In this document: positions 18,701-26,282 of the stretch, piece by piece
Numbering within the stretch: the stretch's first letter is position 1
How the letters are laid out: every line of letters starts with the position of its first letter
From: Gammaproteobacteria bacterium
Lineage (GTDB): Bacteria; Pseudomonadota; Gammaproteobacteria; Steroidobacterales; Rariloculaceae
Length of the DNA: 64,000 nucleotides
NCBI GenBank assembly: GCA_050485545.1
Contig: JBJHBP010000008.1
Location: 24,678 to 88,677, forward strand
Reading direction: 5' to 3'
Notes under the pieces: model-generated
Seen by the model: the letters and a program-made list of their open reading frames with translations, nothing else
The model's database searches: none
What the model was told of the DNA's origin: nothing
Position numbers and translations under genes: made by a program

Positions 18701-21700
18701 TGGCGCTGGATGGTCTGGTCGGTGACGAGTACTTCCTGATCGTTGATGCAGGCGCCGCCTTTTCGCAGTCCGATGCCGGCGAGGGCATCGTTGTGAATCT
18801 GGATTCGCTGAATCTCGGCAGCGGCTTCAATGGCGCGTTGGCGATGAACTACACACTGAGCCTGGCGGACGCGCCGTCCACGACGGCGACGATCACGCCG
18901 CGCCCGGTGCAGGTGACCGCGAACGACGCCTCACGCGTCTACGGTGAATCCAACCCGGCGCTGACCTACAGCGCCGAGTCGGCCGCCGAGGCGACCGGTG
19001 CACGTGGTCTGCTGGAAGGCGACGCGCTGTCGGGTGGCCTTGCAACATCGGCAACCGCCGCCAGCAATGTCGGAGGTTACGCGATCACCGAGGGTTCGCT
19101 CGCCAACGCGAACTACATCATCGAGTTCGCCGATGGCCTGCTGACCATCACGCCACGTCCGGTGCAGGTCGCTGCGAGTGCCGCAGACAAGGTCTACGGT
19201 GACGCGGACCCGGCCCTTGGCTATACGGTCGAGACGCAGTCCGAAGGCCGCGGCCTGGTTGAAGGCGATAGCCTGGATGGCTCGCTCACGCGCGCATCTG
19301 GAGAGAACGTCGGCAGCCACGCGATCACGCAGGGAACGCTGACGGATGCTGCGAACCCGAACTACACGATCGATTTCACCGGCGCTGATCTTCAGATCAC
19401 GCAGCGTGCGATTACGCTGGCGGCCGAACTGGTGTCGCGCATCTACGGTGAGAGCGATCCGCAGCTGTCGGTGAGCATTAGTGGCGGAAGTCTGGCCAGC
19501 GGTTCGGTCACCGACACACTCGAGGACGTCGTAGGTGCGCTGAGCCGCGTGTTCGGCGAAGACGTCGGTCAGTATCACGTACTGCTGGGCGAGGGCGTGA
19601 GCGCGGACAACTACGCGATCACGTTTGATGCCGACAACGGTGCGTTCAGCATCACGCCGAGGCCTGTGCAGGTGACGGCACAGAACGCCTCCCGCATCTA
19701 CGGTGAATCCAACCCGACGCTGGACTACAGCGCCGAGTCCGCCGCCGAGGCGACCGGTGCGCGTGGTCTGCTGGAAGGCGATGCGCTATCCGGCGACCTT
19801 GCGACGACAGCGACGACCGGCAGTGGCGTCGGTGACTACGACATCACGCAGGGTGCGCTGGCGAATGCCAACTACACGATCGAGTTCACTGACGGCATGC
19901 TGACGATCACGCCCCGACCGGTGCAGGTGACCGCGAACGACGCCTCACGCGTCTACGGTGAATCCAACCCGGCGCTGACCTACAGCGCCGAGTCGGCTGC
20001 CGAGGCGACCGGTGCACGTGGTCTGCTGGAAGGCGACGCGCTGTCCGGTGACCTGGTGACGACGGCAACCGCCGCCAGCGATGTCGGAGGCTTTGCGATC
20101 ACGCAGGGCACCCTTGCAGATGCGGCGAATCCGAACTACATCATCGAGTTCGCCGATGGCCTGCTGACCATCACGCCACGTCCGGTGCAGGTTGCAGCGA
20201 ACGACGCATCGCGTGTCTATGGTGAGTCCAACCCGGCGCTGAGCTTCAGCACCGAGTTGGCCGCCGAGGCCACCGGTGCGCGCGGTCTTCTGGACGGTGA
20301 CACGCTGTCCGGCGAGCTCGCAACGACGGCAACCGCCGCCAGCGATGTCGGAGGCCACGCGATCACCGAGGGTTCGCTCGCCAACGCGAATTACACGATC
20401 GAGTTCATCGACGGCACCCTGACCATCACGCCGCGACCGGTTACCGTGATTGCCAGCAATGCCGATCGCCTGTACGGCGAAGCCAATCCGCTGTTCGAGG
20501 TGGGCGTGGAGTCGGTGAGCGCCGGTCGCGGGTTGCTGGATGGCGACGCATTGTCCGGCTCGGCCGTCACGCAGGCGGGCACCGGCAGCAACGTGGGCGC
20601 TTACGACATTACCGAGGGCTCGCTGGCCAACCCGAACTACCTGATCGAGTTCGTGAACGGCACGCTGACCATCACGCCGCGTCCGGTGCAGGTTGCAGCG
20701 TCGGATGCCAGCAAGACCTATGGCGATCACGATCCGCTACTGGACTACACGGCCGAGGCGCAGTCCGAAGGCCGCGGTCTGCTGGAAGGTGACAGCCTGG
20801 ATGGTGCGCTGACGCGTGCCGCGGGCGAGGATGTCGACAGCTACGCCATCTCTCAGGGCACGCTGGCGAACGCCAACTATCAGATCGAGTTCACCGGCGC
20901 ACAGCTGGAGATCACGCAGCGTGCGATCGAGCTGGCGGCGGATCTGGTGTCGCGTGTATACGGCGAGAGTGACCCGACGCTGTCGGTGAGCATCGTCAAC
21001 GGCAGCCTTGGCAGCGAATCGGTCAGCGACACGCTGGTGGAGCTGGTCGGCGCACTGACTCGTGTGGCGGGTGAAGACGTCGGCGCCTATGCCGTGCTGC
21101 TGGGTGAGGGTGTGAAGGCCGGCAACTATGCCATCACATTCGATGCCGACAACAGTGCCTTCAGCATCACGCCGCGACCGGTGCAGGTGGCGGCGAACGA
21201 CGCGAGCAGGGTCTACGGTGGGCAGGATCCGGCGTTCAGCCATACAGTCGAGGCGCAGTCGGAAGGCCGCGGTCTGCTGGCAGGTGAAAGCCTGGCTGTT
21301 GCGCTGAGTCGTGCTGCGGGCGAGAACGTTGGCAGCTATGCGATCACGCCAACCACGCCGGTCGACGCGTCGAACCCGAACTATCTGATCGAGTTCGTCG
21401 ATGGCCAGCTTCAGATCACACCGTTGCCGATCACGGTCGGTGCCGACGACAAGGGCAAGATCTACGGCCAGGCCGATCCGGCTTTGACGTGGCGCATCGT
21501 GAATGGCCAGCTGCTGGGTGACGATCAGTTGTCCGGTACGCTGACGCGTCCATCCGGTGAACTGGTTGGCCGCTACGCGATCACGCAGGGCACACTGGGC
21601 AACCCCAACTATCTGGTGCAGATGGTCGACGGCACGCTGGTGATTCGTCCCCAGCAGCAGTCTGAAATCCTGCCCGATTCGATCGCTCGATCAACCGCAC

Positions 21701-21954
21701 TGTCGCCTCGGGTTACCGACGTTCGCTTCGCAGCGCCCGAGGGCGGTGCGACGCAGAGCGCTGGCCTGATACTGATCAACGTCAGCGACGACAGCGTGAA
21801 CGGCGCCCCGGGCACGACCCCTGGCATCGGTCGCGATCGCAACGGCCAGACGCCGGGCGGCTTCATGCCTGTGCTGGTGGTGAACGGTGGCATTCAGCTG
21901 CCTGCCGGAGTCGATTCCACGGATGACTCCGAACGTGAAGAGGAATCACTGTGA
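12718..21954 (+). CDS. Two-partner-secretion exoprotein (TpsA, filamentous-haemagglutinin family) with GLUG-like and MBG/YDG repeat modules
   Basis: Track ORF 12667-21954. TTG 12718, 8 nt after GGAG, gives (M)NNVYRVIWNAAKATWQVVGE, an ESPR-type extended signal peptide. TPS/haemagglutination-activity domain (ITHGEGSL..., VFLINPNGVLFS). About a dozen IGGLVG-type (GLUG-like) repeats at roughly 15870-17160. About 15 modules ending in ITPR at 17677-21650. Acidic C-terminal tail. Confidence 0.93.
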   Translation: MNNVYRVIWNAAKATWQVVGELGSRRGKERDQTNTTRTTAASRTLLSGALILVGPAALGAGLPGGGQITHGEGSLSASHGAMTISQSSDRMAISWDSFSIGENATVEFLQPTATAIALNRVLGSDVSQIQGALKANGRVFLINPNGVLFSESAMVDVGGLVASTLDISDEDFASGRYVFEGDSAAAVVNRGAINAEGGFVAMIAARVENVGSITADSGAVLMGAGSRVRLDLGGPVKLEVEEAVLDALIEQGGAIRADGGTILLTAKAAGELTSTVINHTGISEARTLTTGENGEILLLGDGAVQVAGTLDASAPHGGQGGFVETSGATVLLSGEAHVTTLSSDGTAGTWLIDPTDLYVQTSCVGVTSTCIETNTINIALGFNNMVFETYSHDTGSDAGDIFINNDLTYTGTRNASLHFRAHRDINIDSDVSLSATNASLTTILQSNHNGQGGGRISMGAGASIFTNGGHLVMTGGVVPLLTDDPLVSDLQAARSTGHAQGREGAVDGISIGAGATLDTRVGQNDQTGGDIVLRGRAYSATDSEGRALSINGTSDSRVSVNAGSGSLELHNDGNNNSSAVRINHADLTGGNDSFALAARSRFGTGLEIHGSSFNFGAGGLTLDGRRVGTAGGSGMGLDLRNASIDSAGSVVLTGQSVAGDAVHIQNSDVSVTGDAAITVTGSITHSDATGKGVSLSGNSNVLQSGSGDISVIGNSRRDVGLAVDGYRILSGAGSVSLWGERAFNASANVSHGLTLSDAEVRTGSGNITIDGRTNHGSRTGLVVSASADVLSQSGTIRLEGRNTGSSTQGDWLSMQLDGRIGAAPDTAVEASSSDIILLANQWSVGSEARAQSTGDLVIGRTSSGGVSIGNYALNNWLRIPVAFLENRIHGFGRIFLGGSTQLGVNASAFRVQEAVTLQHNAELLTTGTFQLVQDLTTAHDLGIGHAATTSESQKYQIFSGRSITLTAPSTQTFRLGAFNNLDSFQYNLISTAGQLQEISGDLGGLHALANDIDGIGALTALGNTDTPFSGTFAGLGHTLSGYSIDGNGQDNQGLFGVIDSAVIRNLRVNGSSVSGGDHVGLLVGRAIDSQILSSRIEGGEGSTVNGHLRVGGMIGSASGSDVVSQSSEWSVTVANATVNIAGSADNAGGGLVGAMEGGTLSSVTTSNTVNANGEGASDIGGLVGRANDVHIGSSSSSATLVTRTGQERIGGLVGRQIGGGIVGSHASGVIETSIGLAHVGGLVGHSIGGSISQSYRNALDVSGHQLDRIGGLVGWSEGGTISASFLNGQLTASGWDVGGLVGFNDGGLIHNESHLRAGVTVSNSTNVGGLAGMNTGTIQDSFVQYAVWNNIHSGSNPERSTRDIALTVTDGGSMIGGLVGWNAGTIVRSYADMTVNAGELSTYVGGLVGVNATDGLIDSSYFLSLAESDNSTIVGGGRGLSGGSYVGGLAGFNLGTIRRSYSAASVNGIGSNVGGLVGYNDSEADVIASFWDMGVQGAPQTSSAGTGLSTEDMMRRQTFIDAGWSLSNIGGDGTTWRIFDDSDMYDADAYTPQTRPMLRTFMRSYTVGRSWSIEYDGDDHGWIDGPVSGIQHTNQIYNPVANNQIYGEGVLGRMDDSGFEARDAGTYALEFNGAYYSHQHGYDISYAQNATQTITPRRIYIQVTGAEDKVYDATNIATVTVNASRSNLGGSTFINGDDVSFNFNGGGTFATSNVGSNINVSVNSGNFALTGADGANYTILGVLGHSTTANITPAQVTAIGGVSVSAREYDGTRDVSAFDLSDLTITVNGIGALDPQSALYQLLVGQLQIDGEAQYGSANAGTYTLSIGSGDISLLTSNSPNFGLDLSGGFSVEGATITPRALVFVGGDFSASKIYDGTTAIEEEHLGGEFQFDGLVGDESLAFSLVEGNFGYVNVGIYNNVVLVLNVDAVEGTTASNYRIGSSVLGEGTITLNGMSGTITPRELTVMLTESGQFTVADRVYDGTTAAQITNSSGLALDGLVGDEYFLIVDAGAAFSQSDAGEGIVVNLDSLNLGSGFNGALAMNYTLSLADAPSTTATITPRPVQVTANDASRVYGESNPALTYSAESAAEATGARGLLEGDALSGGLATSATAASNVGGYAITEGSLANANYIIEFADGLLTITPRPVQVAASAADKVYGDADPALGYTVETQSEGRGLVEGDSLDGSLTRASGENVGSHAITQGTLTDAANPNYTIDFTGADLQITQRAITLAAELVSRIYGESDPQLSVSISGGSLASGSVTDTLEDVVGALSRVFGEDVGQYHVLLGEGVSADNYAITFDADNGAFSITPRPVQVTAQNASRIYGESNPTLDYSAESAAEATGARGLLEGDALSGDLATTATTGSGVGDYDITQGALANANYTIEFTDGMLTITPRPVQVTANDASRVYGESNPALTYSAESAAEATGARGLLEGDALSGDLVTTATAASDVGGFAITQGTLADAANPNYIIEFADGLLTITPRPVQVAANDASRVYGESNPALSFSTELAAEATGARGLLDGDTLSGELATTATAASDVGGHAITEGSLANANYTIEFIDGTLTITPRPVTVIASNADRLYGEANPLFEVGVESVSAGRGLLDGDALSGSAVTQAGTGSNVGAYDITEGSLANPNYLIEFVNGTLTITPRPVQVAASDASKTYGDHDPLLDYTAEAQSEGRGLLEGDSLDGALTRAAGEDVDSYAISQGTLANANYQIEFTGAQLEITQRAIELAADLVSRVYGESDPTLSVSIVNGSLGSESVSDTLVELVGALTRVAGEDVGAYAVLLGEGVKAGNYAITFDADNSAFSITPRPVQVAANDASRVYGGQDPAFSHTVEAQSEGRGLLAGESLAVALSRAAGENVGSYAITPTTPVDASNPNYLIEFVDGQLQITPLPITVGADDKGKIYGQADPALTWRIVNGQLLGDDQLSGTLTRPSGELVGRYAITQGTLGNPNYLVQMVDGTLVIRPQQQSEILPDSIARSTALSPRVTDVRFAAPEGGATQSAGLILINVSDDSVNGAPGTTPGIGRDRNGQTPGGFMPVLVVNGGIQLPAGVDSTDDSEREEESL
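17677..21650 (+). repeat. Intragenic array of ~80-90-aa MBG/YDG-type modules in tpsA, some copies near-identical in DNA
   Basis: Each module starts ITP(R)xxxV. The first four carry VYD(G/A)T and the next eleven carry YG(E/D)xxP. 18904-19031 vs 19918-20045 are 128 nt with one mismatch. 19111-19169 vs 20134-20192 are 59 nt identical. A three-module A-B-C block is partly reiterated at 20.6-21.2 kb. Confidence 0.9.
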
Positions 21955-23642
21955 CGCATTCAAATCTGGATTACGGGAAGAACGACATGATGAACAGGCA
22001 GACCGGTGAAGTTGCAATGCAGAGCGCGGTACACCCCCGCCGCAGTCTGAGTCTGCTGTGCATCGCGATCGCCATTGCGATGGGTGCCGCATCGCAGGCA
22101 CGAGCCCAGGTGGCTCCGGATGCCGGCCGGGTTCTGCAGGACACGCTGCAGTCCGAGGCCGCGCCGTTGCAGCCTTCGGTGCAGCTGGATCTGGACGGCG
22201 GTGCGCTCGAGGACCTCGCGCAGGGCGGCGCAACCGTACGCCTGCAGTCGGTGCGCGTCACCGGCAGCACGGTGTACGCCGAGACCGAGCTGCTCGGACT
22301 GCTTGGCAACGTGTCAGGCCGCGAATTCGACCTGGCCGGGCTGCGGGAACTGACGAACCGCATCAGCCGCCACTATCGTGAACAGGGCTATCCGTTCGCG
22401 CGCGCCTATCTGCCGGAGCAGGACATCACCACCGGTCAGCTGCGGATCGATGTGGTCGAGGGTCGCTATGGCGAAATAGGCGCCAGCGGTGACCCGCGTC
22501 TGACACGGCGCGCCGATCGCTTTCTGGGTTCGCTGAACGCGGGCAGCGTGATCGAGGCCGGGCAACTGGAGCGCACGACGCTGCTGCTGGGCGACCTGCC
22601 CGGCGTGATCGTCACACCGCTGATGCGTCCGGGCGCCACCTCAGGCGCCGGCGATCTCGACGTCATCACGGCGGCGGGACCGCGCGTCAACGCCGAGTTC
22701 GCCACCGAGAATCACGGTAATCGCTATTCCGGCGAGTATCGCGCCAACGCGATGGTGCGCATCAATCGCACCGCCATGGTGGGCGACGAAGTGCTGCTGC
22801 GCGCCACCTACACCGACGAGGGCATGTGGCTGGGGCAGTTCGGTTACTCGCTGCCGGTGGGCTCGCGTGGCATGCGCGCGGACGTCGGCTACGCGCGCAC
22901 GTCCTACGACCTGCGTGCGCCGTTCGAGGACTACAGCGGTACCGCAAAGGTCAGCAGTGCCGGTCTCAGCTTCCCGATTCTACGCAGCCGGCAGACCAAC
23001 CTTGCGCTGTCCGTGGGTTATCGACACAAGGATCTGGACACCCAGCTGGTCGGCTTCAGCATCGATGCGAAGTCCAGCAAGAGCTGGCCCGTGGGGCTGC
23101 GCTTTGATCGTCGCGATGCAGTCGGCGGCGGTGGCGTCACCTGGCTGGCTCTGGAAGTCGCACCGGGACGCCTGGATGCGGAAAATGGCGGCGCCCTGGA
23201 AGGTTCGTTCCAACGTTCCCATCTGCAGGCCGCGCGCCTTCAGAATCTGCCTGGCAACTTCTCGATGCTGACCCGCGTTTCCGGTCAGTGGGCCAATCGC
23301 GATCTGGATTCATCGGAAAGCTTCGTGCTCGGTGGTGCTGCCGGTGTGCGTGCCTATCCGCAGGGTGAAGCGGCGGGCAGCGAGGGCTGGCTGGGCCAGC
23401 TGGAGATGCGCTACGCGGTTGGCAATGCCACGCCGTTCCTGTTTTATGACAGCGGCAGCATCAAGGCCGATGCGATGCAGGCCAGCCGACGCATCGCCGG
23501 CGCCGGCGTCGGTGTTCGCTATCAGTACAACGGGCTGTCGATCGATCTGGCAACCGCGTGGCGTTCCACCGGTGGCATCGCGCAGTCTGATGACCGCGAA
23601 CGCAATCCGCGCGCGTGGCTGTCGGTGGGATACGCCTTCTGA
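21951..23642 (+). CDS. TpsB transporter (ShlB/FhaC/HecB-family haemolysin activation/secretion protein)
   Basis: GTG 21951 overlaps the tpsA stop (GTGA) and follows GAGGAA; alternative starts are ATG 21987 and 22017. Signal peptide LSLLCIAIAIAMGAASQARA-Q. POTRA-type strings (VRVTGSTVY, ISRHYREQGYPFARAYLPEQD). Beta-barrel ending ...AWLSVGYAF. Confidence 0.9.
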   Translation: MTHSNLDYGKNDMMNRQTGEVAMQSAVHPRRSLSLLCIAIAIAMGAASQARAQVAPDAGRVLQDTLQSEAAPLQPSVQLDLDGGALEDLAQGGATVRLQSVRVTGSTVYAETELLGLLGNVSGREFDLAGLRELTNRISRHYREQGYPFARAYLPEQDITTGQLRIDVVEGRYGEIGASGDPRLTRRADRFLGSLNAGSVIEAGQLERTTLLLGDLPGVIVTPLMRPGATSGAGDLDVITAAGPRVNAEFATENHGNRYSGEYRANAMVRINRTAMVGDEVLLRATYTDEGMWLGQFGYSLPVGSRGMRADVGYARTSYDLRAPFEDYSGTAKVSSAGLSFPILRSRQTNLALSVGYRHKDLDTQLVGFSIDAKSSKSWPVGLRFDRRDAVGGGGVTWLALEVAPGRLDAENGGALEGSFQRSHLQAARLQNLPGNFSMLTRVSGQWANRDLDSSESFVLGGAAGVRAYPQGEAAGSEGWLGQLEMRYAVGNATPFLFYDSGSIKADAMQASRRIAGAGVGVRYQYNGLSIDLATAWRSTGGIAQSDDRERNPRAWLSVGYAF

Positions 23643-23671
23643 GGTGAAGGCGCAGTGCCGCAGTCACCCAT

Positions 23672-24163
23672 CTATGCGAATCCTGCCGGCTTCCACTCCT
23701 TCATCATGCGATCGCGCGCCACCTTCAGTCGCTCGGACATCAGCGTCGAGAACCGCTTCAGCAGTTCATAGCCGAAGCGGGGATCCTGTTCGCAGTGTTC
23801 CAGTACGGCGGCGCCGTCGAACTCGATGACTTCGGCGGGTCGCGTTGCGCGGGCCTGGAAGTTCCAGCGGTTTGGTGAGATCAGCCACGACCAGCCGACG
23901 ACGTCGCCGGGTGCAAGGTCCTGCAACAGCAGTGCAGGGCCTTCGATCGCAGCGATCTCGACGGATACGTGGCCGGACAGTACGAGGAAGAAGTAACGTG
24001 CGCGGTCGCCATGGCGAAACAGCACGGCACCGGCCTTGAGCTGGCGGTGGCTGGCGTGGTCGGCCAGGAAGCTCAGGTGGTCTTCCGACAAACCGGCAAA
24101 GAAAGCGCAGCGGGAAAGCTCCTGCGTTGTCGCGTCAGCATTCACGGTCGAATCCTCCTTCAC
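23672..24163 (-). CDS. Stand-alone cyclic-nucleotide-binding domain protein
   Basis: 163 aa. FFAGLSEDHLSFLADHASHRQLKAGAVLFRHGDRARYFFLVLSGHVSVE is a typical cNMP-binding beta-roll. No HTH or other output domain follows. Confidence 0.8.
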   Translation of the reverse strand: MKEDSTVNADATTQELSRCAFFAGLSEDHLSFLADHASHRQLKAGAVLFRHGDRARYFFLVLSGHVSVEIAAIEGPALLLQDLAPGDVVGWSWLISPNRWNFQARATRPAEVIEFDGAAVLEHCEQDPRFGYELLKRFSTLMSERLKVARDRMMKEWKPAGFA

Positions 24164-24234
24164 CGCATCCTAACGCGGTTCGCGCCGAGTCGATACACTG
24201 AGCAGCTCTGCCAGGCCCGCCAGGAGAGCATGCC

Positions 24235-25827
24235 GTGCGAATGCTGCCGTATCTGATCGTTGTTGCGATCACTGTCGCGCTGATCCCGCTGGCGCTTGCG
24301 TACCCCGCCGCCCTGGTGTTGCTGGTCCCGCTGGCTGTTCTCAGTGGACTGGGAACCTGGAACCTCCTCCAGCCGCACCACAATCTGCTGCGCAACTACC
24401 CGCTGACCGCGCACTTTCGCTGGCTGTTCGAAGCCCTGCGACCGGCCATTCGCCAGTACCTGTTCGAGAGCGAAGCGGACGGTCGGCCGTTCAATCGCGA
24501 GCAGCGATCGCTGGTCTACCGTCGCGCGAAAGACGTCGATGACCGACAGCCGTTCGGCACTCTGCTTGACTTCTATGCACCAGGGCACGAGTGGATCAAC
24601 CACTCCGTAATACCCACGGCGCGCGGCAACGTGGGTACTCGCGTTGCGATCGGCGGTCCGGATTGCACGAAGCCCTATTCGGCTTCGGTGCTCAACATTT
24701 CGGCGATGAGCTTCGGCGCGCTGTCCGCGAACGCGATACTCGCGCTGAACAGAGGGGCGAAGCTGGGTGATTTCGCGCATGACACCGGCGAAGGGGGCAT
24801 TTCGCGCTACCACCGGCAGCACGGCGGCGACCTCATCTGGGAAATCGGCAGCGGCTACTTCGGATGTCGCGCCCGCGACGGCGGGTTTGATCCGGAACGT
24901 TTCGCGGAAAACGCGTCCGGCGATCAGGTCAGGATGATCGAGCTGAAGCTGTCGCAGGGCGCCAAGCCGGGCGGCGGTGGACTGTTGCCGGCTGCCAAGG
25001 TCACGGCCGAGATCGCCGAAGCCCGGGGCATCCCCCCGGGAGAAGACTGCAGTTCTCCGAAAGCGCACAGCACATTCTCCACACCGGCGGGGCTTCTGGA
25101 ATTCCTGGCACGGCTGCGCGAACTGTCCGGCGGCAAGCCTGTGGGGTTCAAGCTGTGTATTGGTCATCCCGTCGAGTTTGCCGCCATCGTCAAGGCCATG
25201 CTGGAGACCGGCATCACCCCCGACTTCATTGTTGTGGACGGTGCCGAAGGTGGTACCGGCGCGGCGCCGATCGAACTGAGCAACCGCGTGGGGACCCCGC
25301 TGCGTGAAGGGTTGCTGCTGGCGCGGAACATGCTGGTGGGTGCCGGCCTGCGCGACCGGATCCGGCTCGGCGTGTCCGGCAAGGTCACCTCCGGCTATCA
25401 GCTGGCGGCCAACATGGCGTTGGGCGCGGACTGGTGCAACTCCGCGCGCGGCTTCATGTTCGCGTTGGGCTGCATTCAGTCCCTGGCCTGTCACACGGAC
25501 CGCTGTCCCACCGGTGTCGCCACACAGAACAGGTGGCGGCAGCGCGCACTGGTTGTCGACGACAAGGCCGAGCGTGTCGCGAACTTTCATCGCCATACGC
25601 TGGCAGCGTTGATCCACATGGTGGCGGCTGCCGGACTGGATCATCCCGAACAGTTGCTGCCGCAGCACCTGCAGCGTCGTGGTGGTGATCTGGAAGTCCG
25701 TAGCGGTGCGCAACGCTATGCGTTTCTGGAAACCGGCGCCCTGCTCGATGGTGCGCCGGAACCGTTCGCATCGTGGTGGCGCGCCGCGTCGGCGACGACG
25801 TTTGCGCCGGTCCGGCACATTGCCTGA
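24235..25827 (+). CDS. FMN-binding glutamate-synthase-family protein (membrane anchored)
   Basis: AGGAG sits 8 nt before GTG 24235. Two N-terminal hydrophobic helices, then GltS FMN-domain strings (ISAMSFGALS, HDTGEGG, KLSQGAKPGGGGLLP, VVDGAEGGTGAAP). Confidence 0.85.
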   Translation: MRMLPYLIVVAITVALIPLALAYPAALVLLVPLAVLSGLGTWNLLQPHHNLLRNYPLTAHFRWLFEALRPAIRQYLFESEADGRPFNREQRSLVYRRAKDVDDRQPFGTLLDFYAPGHEWINHSVIPTARGNVGTRVAIGGPDCTKPYSASVLNISAMSFGALSANAILALNRGAKLGDFAHDTGEGGISRYHRQHGGDLIWEIGSGYFGCRARDGGFDPERFAENASGDQVRMIELKLSQGAKPGGGGLLPAAKVTAEIAEARGIPPGEDCSSPKAHSTFSTPAGLLEFLARLRELSGGKPVGFKLCIGHPVEFAAIVKAMLETGITPDFIVVDGAEGGTGAAPIELSNRVGTPLREGLLLARNMLVGAGLRDRIRLGVSGKVTSGYQLAANMALGADWCNSARGFMFALGCIQSLACHTDRCPTGVATQNRWRQRALVVDDKAERVANFHRHTLAALIHMVAAAGLDHPEQLLPQHLQRRGGDLEVRSGAQRYAFLETGALLDGAPEPFASWWRAASATTFAPVRHIA

Positions 25828-25880
25828 TTGCCCTGTCAGCCCGTCGGCCTTAGTCTGCCAGGTACAGCGGAGGACTTGAT

Positions 25881-26282
25881 ATGGCCTGGAAGTCACACGA
25901 CTACGATTCGATCCCCGGCACCTATGTGTTCGATGGCAGGACGGCGCATTCGGCCTACGGGCTGAACAAGCTGCTGTTCTCGTTCAATCGCGAGGAGAAC
26001 CGCCAGGCGTTCGCACGTGACAAGGCCGCCTACGCCGACCGCTTTGGTCTCGCCCCGGAGCAGAAAGCGGCGTTGCTGTCCGACGATTTTCTCACGCTGC
26101 TGCGGCAGGGCGCGAACATCTACTATCTGGCCAAGCTGGCCGTGCCGCGCGGTTTCACGGTGCAGGACGCCGGCGCCGCGTTTCAGGGCATCACCACGGA
26201 AGCGTTCAAGGCGGCGCTGGCGGCCAAGGGCGATGGGCTGATCGACAGGCTGAAGCAGCAGGGGGGCTACTGGCATGGCTAG
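25881..26282 (+). CDS. ligA: Protocatechuate 4,5-dioxygenase alpha subunit (LigA family)
   Basis: 133 aa after a GGAGG RBS. IPGTYVFDGRTAHSAYGLNKLLFSFNREENRQAF...NIYYLAKL is colinear with Sphingobium LigA as I recall it. Overlaps the next gene by 8 nt. Confidence 0.8.
   Translation: MAWKSHDYDSIPGTYVFDGRTAHSAYGLNKLLFSFNREENRQAFARDKAAYADRFGLAPEQKAALLSDDFLTLLRQGANIYYLAKLAVPRGFTVQDAGAAFQGITTEAFKAALAAKGDGLIDRLKQQGGYWHG

Noticed and set aside
18904-20192. Template-repeat/variable-repeat pair of a diversity-generating retroelement acting on tpsA
   Set aside because: No reverse transcriptase or Avd-like gene is in the window. The single mismatch between the 128-nt copies is C/T rather than the adenine-specific pattern expected for DGRs. 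Both copies are in-frame module repeats of the same gene.
21400-23700. Contact-dependent inhibition (CdiA-CT toxin plus immunity gene) at the end of the TPS locus
   Set aside because: There is no VENN or other pre-toxin motif and no distinct C-terminal domain. The gene order is tpsA-tpsB, and no small ORF follows the tpsA C-terminus. The next gene after tpsB is a convergent cNMP-binding protein.
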